A stretch of DNA of 64,000 nucleotides from IMG/VR virus record IMGVR_UViG_3300035661_000004; one strand, given 5' to 3'. Positions within the stretch are counted from its first letter, which is position 1, and every line of letters begins with the position of its first letter. Under the pieces are notes generated by a model. The model saw nothing but the letters and a program-made list of their open reading frames with translations. It made no database searches and was not told the DNA's origin. A program made the translations under genes and the position numbers. Below are positions 56,960-64,000 of this stretch, piece by piece. The stretch is from a virus (Duplodnaviria > Caudoviricetes).

Positions 56960-57771
56960 GGCTAACTGAAGGCATGATCAAGCTTCCATCCGTTACTGCT
57001 GAGATGCGGACTGTGATGCTTGAGTGGTACTTTGCCTATGTCGAGCGGGTCATCACGAAGCGGATGACCGGCTCTGACTTATCTGATGCTACACGGCTTA
57101 TTAGAGCGGTCGAGACTCGTCACGGCGTTAAGCTAACGCTTGCTGACATTGAGAACGGCCACCAACGGTTTCGCACTCGAAGCTTCGTCATTGATGAGAC
57201 CTTCTACGGCGTCCCCGTGGACATCACGGTAGCCATGCGGCTGATCTTTGATAAGGATGAGAAGCTCGGTCGCAGCGGGGGCATGTATGACGAGGATGAC
57301 GGCCCGTTCATCCGCTTGTCCCCGTTCAACTTACGGATGACAGGCCCGTCAATCGGCACGCTTGACTCGCTAAAAGCTTCGCTGTCCAAGGTCCCGATGC
57401 TCATCAAGATGCTTGAGCATGAGCTGACCCACCTAGTGCAGTACCAATCATTGCACTACAAGCATGGCAAGCAGACGCGCATGCACTCAGACTACGAAGC
57501 TGAGTCTGACGACTACAACCTGAGTGACATCGAGTTTGACCCGCTGATCAAGTCGGCGGTCGGGCGCTTGAAGCACCTGCAAGCAAAGTACAAGACCATC
57601 CCAGGTTACACCGAGCGCGCCCTAACCGACGCATACGTGCTCGCGGCTGACCCGCCAGAGTGGATGAACCCTGCTGATACCAGCAACTTCTTCGACACGC
57701 TCTATAACCGGGCGCCTATGAAGTGGAAGAAGGCCGTTAAGCTCTTCATGCACGAGCTTTCGGTTTCCTAA
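56956..57771 (+). CDS. HExxH metallopeptidase-like protein
   Basis: LEHELTHLVQY motif; MRLTE leader. Confidence 0.6.
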   Translation: MRLTEGMIKLPSVTAEMRTVMLEWYFAYVERVITKRMTGSDLSDATRLIRAVETRHGVKLTLADIENGHQRFRTRSFVIDETFYGVPVDITVAMRLIFDKDEKLGRSGGMYDEDDGPFIRLSPFNLRMTGPSIGTLDSLKASLSKVPMLIKMLEHELTHLVQYQSLHYKHGKQTRMHSDYEAESDDYNLSDIEFDPLIKSAVGRLKHLQAKYKTIPGYTERALTDAYVLAADPPEWMNPADTSNFFDTLYNRAPMKWKKAVKLFMHELSVS

Positions 57772-57774
57772 ATA
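57769..57774 (+). promoter_or_regulatory. Late promoter TAAATA overlapping a TAA stop
   Basis: Upstream of 57790. Confidence 0.55.
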
Positions 57775-57789
57775 GCTCCGGAGGCAATC

Positions 57790-58107
57790 ATGTCCTACAC
57801 ACTCACTACCGTTACGGTCAAGTCAACTTCAGCAGGCAAGTTCGTTAAGGACCTACCGCTGTCTAACAAGCTGCGCAAGCAAGCTTTGGCCTTGATCGAG
57901 CTCAAGAAAGTCGCGCCTGGTTTTATCTCTCGGGACCATGTGAGCGTGTCGGAGGATGGCCTGACTCTTACAACCGTTGAGGAATGGGAGACCAAGGAGG
58001 CATTTCGCGCCTTCAAGGCTGAACATCCTGAGCTCGAAGCCTACCGCGATGCGGCCCGCGAGTTCAATGCCAAGCAAGGCAACACCGTCACTATCACTAC
58101 AGCGTAA
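57790..58107 (+). CDS. ABM/dimeric alpha-beta-barrel-like small protein
   Basis: APGFISR...VEEWETKEAF pattern; GGAGG RBS; TAAATA upstream. Confidence 0.55.
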   Translation: MSYTLTTVTVKSTSAGKFVKDLPLSNKLRKQALALIELKKVAPGFISRDHVSVSEDGLTLTTVEEWETKEAFRAFKAEHPELEAYRDAAREFNAKQGNTVTITTA

Positions 58108-58113
58108 AGCCAC

Positions 58114-58317
58114 ATGAAGATCAGCAAATTTCTTGACATTGATGCGGTGCGTGAGCCCATCACCCAGCCTAAGGTCGTGCCTGTCGTTGAAGACGCTCCG
58201 GCACCCGACCCGGTCGAGTCCGTCATCTTCCCGGCGTCTGATCGCTTCAAGCACATGTTGAGTTTAATCGCTCGAGACAACAAAGAGTTGTATAATCGTA
58301 TTGTCGGGTTGGAGTAA
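58114..58317 (+). CDS. Small hypothetical protein
   Basis: 67 aa, MKISKFLD start. Confidence 0.55.
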   Translation: MKISKFLDIDAVREPITQPKVVPVVEDAPAPDPVESVIFPASDRFKHMLSLIARDNKELYNRIVGLE

Positions 58318-58320
58318 ACA

Positions 58321-60996
58321 ATGGCGCAAGGTAAAAAGTTCTCTGTCTCGTCTGTCGTTCCTGAAAAGCGGCTAGACTACCTTGAGTCGGTGTTTGCTGA
58401 CATGAAGGCCAAGATGCACCAGACGGTCAAGGGCGGCTTGCTGCTTGCCGGCGACCCTGGTGTGGGTAAGACCTCATTCGTGCGCCAGCTGGCACAGCTC
58501 GCCGGCATCAAGCTTGTGCTGATTGAAACTCCGCACTTGGTTGAAGAGCACATCATCAACATCCCGTTCATCGTCTATCACCCTGAGTCGAACACGAGCA
58601 CCGAAGGCAAGATCGAGGCTCACAAGGCCAAGTTCGACGTTAAGCTGGCTGACTCCGACCTGTATAACCAGGTCATGCACTCCAAGATTGTGCCTGAGTC
58701 CCAGGTGCTTGCTTCGATCAAGCGCTCTCCGGCTATCAAGCACCTACACGAAGCGCTCGGCGGCACGGATGACACCTTCTCAGAAGAGGTGCAGGAGCTG
58801 CGTGAGCACTTCAACTGCATCTTGTTCCTGGACGAGTACTACCGCGAAACCTCGATGTCTATCCGCAATATCTTGCGGGGCATCCTGAACGGCAACCTTG
58901 GCTTGCATCAGCTGCCGAAGACCTGCTACGTGGTTTATGCGTCAAACATGAACGACGAGGGCGTGGAAGGAATCGCGCTCAACCAAGACTACAGCAAGCT
59001 TGAGTTTGACAATCCTGGCAAGGCGGAGTGGTTCTCTTGGTTCGTCAAGAAGTTCCAAGACAACCCGCGCGTTAAGCTGAACATGCAGCTCGTCGACAAG
59101 TTCTTTGACGCGCTTGATGACGCTGACCTCTCGCACGATGACGCCAACGCTGACGTTCGGACATCGCCACGCCGGTGGGAACAGCTGTTGCTGCTCATCA
59201 ACGCCAGCATGCCTGTCAAGAGCGAGAAGGACGCCAAGGTGCTGATGAGCCAGGTTCACACCAACTTCCGTAACTACACGACCGGCGCCAAGTCACAGCT
59301 TGCACAGAAGGTCGCTACGGCTGTCGCTGAGCTGATCAAAGACCAGTCAGGCATCGAAGTCGAGTCGAGCTGGTCGGTCGGCGGCGGCCAAAAGGGCCTG
59401 CACCCGGTTGAGCACTGGCGCGACGTGCTGAAGCACCAGCTCGAAGTCAAGATGAAGCTGGCTGAGCATCGCAGCTACGTGCCAGTCATCTCTGGCTTGC
59501 CTGGCATCGGCAAGACCTCGCACATCATCGACGTTGCTCTCGAGCTCGGCTTGGTGCCTGTCATGATTCCAACCGATACCCTTTCACCAGAAGACATCAT
59601 CGGCTTGCCGCTGTCGGACGAGAATGAAAAGGGCTCGCTGTCTGTCAAGTTCTCCGAGCCTGGCCTCTACAAAATCATCAAGAACAAGATCAAAGAAGGC
59701 GAAGGCTGGCTCAAGGAGCACCTGAAGGAGTATCACCTGGGCTCTCAAGAGCACGGCGCGGGCGCTAAGCGTTCTGAAGGCTCTGACCCGGACATCGACT
59801 GGAAAGAGTTCGAAGGCCGTGAGCACAAGTACCTGATCTTCTTCGATGAGCTGAACCGGACCTCTACCAAGGTCTTCAACGCGCTGCGTCGGATTCTCCT
59901 CGACAAGACGTTCGTGGGTGAGCCTGGTCATGAAGGCTCGCTCGAGCTGCCTAAAGGCTCGATCGTGGTCGCCGCTATCAACCCGAATGACCAAGGCACG
60001 ACTGAGCTAACCAAGCACATGCGCGACGTCCTGGACATCATCCCGGCTGGAGCTAGCTGGAACCAGACGGTCACCTTCCTCAAGACAAAGACTGAGCCGA
60101 AGCTTGCCAAGGTGCTGAAGAACCCAGAGATCGCCAAGGCTGTCTTCGAGATCACGTCGGCCTTCTACGACAAGTTCAAGGACGCTCGCAATGAGGGCAA
60201 GCATGACGGCGACAACACTGAGTTCCACTTGAACCTAGGCAGCAGCAACATCTACGTGTCGCCGCGCGAGTTCGAGGACATGTACTCGGGTGTTTGCCAC
60301 AACATGGACCCGAAAGTGTCCCGTTTCAAGCGCGAAGCGCATGATACCGACGACGCTGCAGCCGTTGACAAGATGGCGCACAAGCTGAAGCAGAAGGTCT
60401 ACGAGGCGTTTAAGCAGAAGCTCAGCTTCATCATCGAAGACAAGCACGGCATCCGCTCGCCTGACTTCTGGAATGACTTGGAGGAGTGGTTCATGACCGC
60501 CCCTGAGGCTGACCGTCTCGACCTCATTAGCAAGAAAGCGAAGGTCATGACCTTCGAGGACATCGCTGAGAAGACCTTCCGTGACACGGACTTCGTGCTG
60601 GCCAACAACATCGCCTTCACGAACTACATCCAGAACATCGATCCGGGCATCTTCAAGCAGGACTTGAACGAGTTCCTCTCGAATCGTGGCGCCCACGATC
60701 AGAAGTTCCTGATCGACGCGACCCACCTGATGCGCGAGCTGGCCGATGACAAGATCACGATCAAGCACATCGCGAACGGCCCGAAGGTTTCTCACTTCGA
60801 GTACTTCTTGCGAGAGCTCGTCCACGCTATCATGATCCACGGCTTGTCACGAGAGTTCATCCCACCGCTGAAGGAAGCTCTGCTGACCTTCCTCGGCAGC
60901 GATGCCATCAGCGATGATGAGTATGACGCCCTGGGCGACATCAATCAGCGCATGACGAAGTACATCAAGCAGCTGCTAAGCAAAGGCGTAAAGTAA
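58321..60996 (+). CDS. MoxR-like ATPase with two tandem AAA+ domains
   Basis: GDPGVGKT/LFLDE and GLPGIGKT/IFFDELNR...VAAINP. Confidence 0.85.
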   Translation: MAQGKKFSVSSVVPEKRLDYLESVFADMKAKMHQTVKGGLLLAGDPGVGKTSFVRQLAQLAGIKLVLIETPHLVEEHIINIPFIVYHPESNTSTEGKIEAHKAKFDVKLADSDLYNQVMHSKIVPESQVLASIKRSPAIKHLHEALGGTDDTFSEEVQELREHFNCILFLDEYYRETSMSIRNILRGILNGNLGLHQLPKTCYVVYASNMNDEGVEGIALNQDYSKLEFDNPGKAEWFSWFVKKFQDNPRVKLNMQLVDKFFDALDDADLSHDDANADVRTSPRRWEQLLLLINASMPVKSEKDAKVLMSQVHTNFRNYTTGAKSQLAQKVATAVAELIKDQSGIEVESSWSVGGGQKGLHPVEHWRDVLKHQLEVKMKLAEHRSYVPVISGLPGIGKTSHIIDVALELGLVPVMIPTDTLSPEDIIGLPLSDENEKGSLSVKFSEPGLYKIIKNKIKEGEGWLKEHLKEYHLGSQEHGAGAKRSEGSDPDIDWKEFEGREHKYLIFFDELNRTSTKVFNALRRILLDKTFVGEPGHEGSLELPKGSIVVAAINPNDQGTTELTKHMRDVLDIIPAGASWNQTVTFLKTKTEPKLAKVLKNPEIAKAVFEITSAFYDKFKDARNEGKHDGDNTEFHLNLGSSNIYVSPREFEDMYSGVCHNMDPKVSRFKREAHDTDDAAAVDKMAHKLKQKVYEAFKQKLSFIIEDKHGIRSPDFWNDLEEWFMTAPEADRLDLISKKAKVMTFEDIAEKTFRDTDFVLANNIAFTNYIQNIDPGIFKQDLNEFLSNRGAHDQKFLIDATHLMRELADDKITIKHIANGPKVSHFEYFLRELVHAIMIHGLSREFIPPLKEALLTFLGSDAISDDEYDALGDINQRMTKYIKQLLSKGVK

Positions 60997-63008
60997 TGGC
61001 GCGGCGCAAGCTCAACGAGGCTGATGACGACATCGTCGTTCAGTCTCATAAGGTTGAAGTCCCGCTGCTCAAGACAACGTTCAATGATCCGCACATCAAG
61101 CAGATCATTGACCACGTCACCGGCGGCGACCCAGACAAGATTCAAGCGATCAAGGATGAGGTAGCTGAGCGCCTCAAGCAAATCGACTGTGTCGCTCAGA
61201 TTTCACCGGTGCTTTACGAAGCGGCGGCTGACAACATGATCGAGACGATCTTGTTTGACAAGTTCTGGGACCGCAAGGGCCCTCCGCCGAAAGAGAACAA
61301 GCCTCCTGAAGGCGAAGATGCAGCGCCAACGGAGGAAGAGCGGAAGAAGGGGGGCAAGAAGGACGTTGTCAGCGACAATCCCATCGAGGATAAGGACGTT
61401 GACATCGAGGAGATCATCCGTAGGTTGACCGTCTCGCCGCACTTTGTTAAGCGTGCGCCGCCGGTCAAGACGGCTCCAAAGTTCAGCCCGATCATCTTCA
61501 GCAAGTTGATTAGCAAGATCAAGGCTGAGTCCCGTTCGTTCTTCCCGTTGCGGAACATGATTGACTTCCACGTCATTCATCACCCCGAGATCAAGCTGGT
61601 CGGCGACGGCTTAAATGAGAAGAACGAGAAGCGCTTCGGCGGCATCGACACCGCTGCTGCTACCTCAGACGGCACGTTCATCTTCAACGTCAAGTTTTGC
61701 CAGAGCCTGATCGACTTCGCCCATCTGAAGCAGCTCAAGCCTAAGGATAACCGCTACGGCAAGAAGTACGTCTCCAACGGCGGCGAGATTCCTGACGAGT
61801 ATGAGTACATCGAGTTCCTGATTCGTCACGAGTTCATGCACTATACGTACTCGGACTTCCACTATCGGAAAGTGATTCCCGACGCGTCTAACATGCTGAT
61901 CAACTGGGTGGGCGACTTCCGCACCAACCACCGGCTCGTGCAGCAAGGTTTCACCCAGCTGCCGATGGGCTTGTTTAGCTCATATGTCAACTTCCACAAG
62001 CAAGGCTCGTACCAGGAGATGTACAACCTGGTCAAGAACGAGTTCGCTAAGCTGAAGGACAAGTGCAAGAAGGAGCTCGGCGACACGCTTGACCGGATGG
62101 GTGATGACCACTCTGAAGGGGGTAGCAACACCGACGGCACCGAGAAGGCCGCTGAACGCAAGCTGAAGCCCGAAGACGTTGACAAGTGGAACAAGAAGGT
62201 TAAGGATAAGCAGGCCGACGAGGATGACTCCCCGCCGCCTGACTACGAGAACAAGCCGCCTGAAGACCGCGCCGTGGGCAACTCAAAGGGCGAGAAGACT
62301 CCGATTGACTACACGCAAGCCAACCCACGTTACAAGTGGGACGCGCTGCTGAAGAAGATGATCGGCGAGACCACGTTCACGCTTGACCAGTCTTACCAAA
62401 AGGTCAGCCATCGAGCCATTGGCACGATGCAGCAGGTCATCAAGACAAACCGCGGCGCTATCAAGCCTGGTGATGTTAAGAACCCGAACAAGAAGAAGAT
62501 CAAGCTGGCTGTCATCATCGACTCGTCAGGCTCGATGTCCTATGTCATTCACACCGTCATGGCTAACTTGGACAAGCTGCTTGTCCAACGGCAAGGCCTG
62601 ACAGGCGTTCAGGACGACTTCTACCTCTTCATCTTCAGCGGCGACTACGACATCTATGAGTGCTCGCCTGGTAAGCATGGCCACGCCAACAACATCACCG
62701 ACATTGACAGCGGTAAGCCTGGCCCTCTAGGTAAGTCAAAGCTGCAACATGTGCTGTCGAATCACAAGTCCGGCGGTACAGTTTTCAGCTCAAGCCTCGC
62801 CAGCCAGATCAAAAAGCTGGCTTCTAGAGGGTATAATTGCCTTGTAGTCTCAGACGGTGATTTGCTGTGGGGTGAGAACCTAACCCACTTCCGCGACTTG
62901 TACAACTCGTACCGCAAGCATGTCTGGCTCCTCTTGGACAGCAAAGAGACCTTCTCGAAGTTTTGCACTACGATGAAGGAAATTTCCAACAACGCATCGC
63001 ACATGTGA
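60996..63008 (+). CDS. DUF2201-type metallopeptidase plus VWA domain protein
   Basis: TAAAT...HEFMH...D..TN and MIDAS DSSGS. Confidence 0.85.
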   Translation: MARRKLNEADDDIVVQSHKVEVPLLKTTFNDPHIKQIIDHVTGGDPDKIQAIKDEVAERLKQIDCVAQISPVLYEAAADNMIETILFDKFWDRKGPPPKENKPPEGEDAAPTEEERKKGGKKDVVSDNPIEDKDVDIEEIIRRLTVSPHFVKRAPPVKTAPKFSPIIFSKLISKIKAESRSFFPLRNMIDFHVIHHPEIKLVGDGLNEKNEKRFGGIDTAAATSDGTFIFNVKFCQSLIDFAHLKQLKPKDNRYGKKYVSNGGEIPDEYEYIEFLIRHEFMHYTYSDFHYRKVIPDASNMLINWVGDFRTNHRLVQQGFTQLPMGLFSSYVNFHKQGSYQEMYNLVKNEFAKLKDKCKKELGDTLDRMGDDHSEGGSNTDGTEKAAERKLKPEDVDKWNKKVKDKQADEDDSPPPDYENKPPEDRAVGNSKGEKTPIDYTQANPRYKWDALLKKMIGETTFTLDQSYQKVSHRAIGTMQQVIKTNRGAIKPGDVKNPNKKKIKLAVIIDSSGSMSYVIHTVMANLDKLLVQRQGLTGVQDDFYLFIFSGDYDIYECSPGKHGHANNITDIDSGKPGPLGKSKLQHVLSNHKSGGTVFSSSLASQIKKLASRGYNCLVVSDGDLLWGENLTHFRDLYNSYRKHVWLLLDSKETFSKFCTTMKEISNNASHM

Positions 63009-63015
63009 GGACAGT

Positions 63016-63533
63016 ATGTCATTCAAAAAAGTTCCTGACCGAAGAGCCTGTTCCCCACTTTGACGGGTGGCAACAGCTTTATGACCATTCGTTGTCGTCG
63101 CTGAGCGACAACGCTGAGTTCACAGAGTACCTTGCAGCCGTTGAGCCGAAGCAATTCTTTCATGACCTGTGTGACTTCTTGGCCTCACATGCGCATGACC
63201 AAGCGTTCGTGACAGACGCCGTCGAGCTCGTGCACGAGCTCGACTCCGACTTCAAGCGCGTCAACCCGAAGCACGTCGCGGACTTGGGGCATGACAAGCT
63301 GACCGGGTTTGAAGGTTTCATCCGAAACATCGCCCGTGCACTCAAGGATCATGACGCGTCTGCTCAAAAGGTTGCGGCCTTGAAGGGAGCGATCATGTTT
63401 GTCTTGGGTCACCTCCCCGACCATAAGTACGGCCATGGCCGGCGCGCTCAACCACGCTGTCATTACGTACATGAAGCGAGACTTGGGCCTGACCACTGAC
63501 CGTGGCGGGTTCAATGTCTGGGATTCACATTGA
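63016..63533 (+). pseudogene. Gene with two apparent +1 frameshifts (MSFKKFLTEE leader when corrected)
   Basis: Removing one A from A6 (63025-63030) and one G (63431-63432) gives a continuous 171-aa protein ending YAMAGALNHAVITYMKRDLG...H*. Confidence 0.55.
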
Positions 63534-63563
63534 CGTTTAATTTAACCGTTGAGCTATGCGGCC

Positions 63564-63569
63564 TAAATA
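63564..63569 (+). promoter_or_regulatory. Late promoter TAAATA, 5 nt before the gp15 ATG
   Basis: In the loop of an ATGCGGC/GCCGCAT hairpin. Confidence 0.7.
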
Positions 63570-63574
63570 GCCGC

Positions 63575-64000
63575 ATGCTCAATAGCTACTACTACAATCA
63601 GCAGCTCAAGAAGGCGACCATCGTCTTCGCCAATATCTTCGCCAACATGCGTGTCCGCACAGGACAAAATGCGTGCGGCGAGATTGACGAGCTGGTAGTG
63701 CCGATCCGTTACGGCTCGTCGGATCGGGTAGCCGCGGCTATTGCGACGCGCAACACGCAAAACGCCTTGCACACTCTCCCGATCATGTCCTGCTACCTGA
63801 CCGGCATCGAGATGGCGCCTGAGCGTAAGCACGGTCACGGCACTCATGACCGTAAGTCATATCTCGAGCAGGGTGGCGTCTTTCCGCAGGATGTCAAGTT
63901 CATCAAGCGGACCATGCCGACGCCGTACAACCTGACCTACGAGCTGTCGATTTACGCCTCCAACACCGACCAGGCTTATCAGATCATCGAGCAGATTCTG
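63575..64000 (+). CDS. gp15: Tail terminator/completion protein, 5' part
   Basis: YYYNQQLKK...F..IF...VPIRYG...LPIMS...MPTPYNLTYELSIY; runs off the right edge. Confidence 0.9.
   Translation, partial: MLNSYYYNQQLKKATIVFANIFANMRVRTGQNACGEIDELVVPIRYGSSDRVAAAIATRNTQNALHTLPIMSCYLTGIEMAPERKHGHGTHDRKSYLEQGGVFPQDVKFIKRTMPTPYNLTYELSIYASNTDQAYQIIEQIL

Noticed and set aside
1-64000. Genome-wide TAG recoding (code 15)
   Set aside because: Long genes read through cleanly in code 11 and some end in TAG (26124, 19861, 41373); only one suggestive in-frame TAG was seen.
1-64000. CRISPR array, tRNA genes, IS elements, integrase
   Set aside because: No regularly spaced repeats, T-loop/CCA cloverleafs, transposase or integrase motifs were seen by eye; a tRNA scan should confirm.

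Overview
A 64-kb slice of a large, GC-rich, T4-like (jumbo-type) myovirus genome; no bacterial housekeeping genes, tRNAs or CRISPR arrays were seen. It carries baseplate/tail genes (gp6, gp25, gp5/VgrG-like, hub, gp53, gp26/gp51-like, sheath, tape-measure-like protein with a GH19 domain), head genes (portal gp20, protease gp21, scaffold gp22, MCP gp23), neck genes (gp13, gp14, gp15), late sigma gp55, Mre11/Rad50 (gp47/gp46), a Holliday-junction resolvase, Rnl2-type ligase, SprT protease, a double-AAA MoxR/VWA pair and free-standing homing endonucleases. Main unexplained signals: (1) about 16 dispersed, divergent small-protein domains sharing the motif hLxhQQx[LF][IV][DE]-x3-5-[DE]xK; (2) a recurrent N-terminal M[KR][LI]xx[LIV][LF]E leader resembling a capsid-targeting/gp21-cleavage signal, on many QQ proteins and on several enzymes; (3) a ~300-nt highly structured non-coding region starting at the predicted +1 of a late promoter; (4) a TAAATA late promoter that often sits 4-6 nt before a start codon (probable leaderless mRNAs), sometimes inside a hairpin; (5) many frameshifts confined to accessory genes (real decay or sequencing error). 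All family assignments are by eye from motifs and synteny; no database searches were run.
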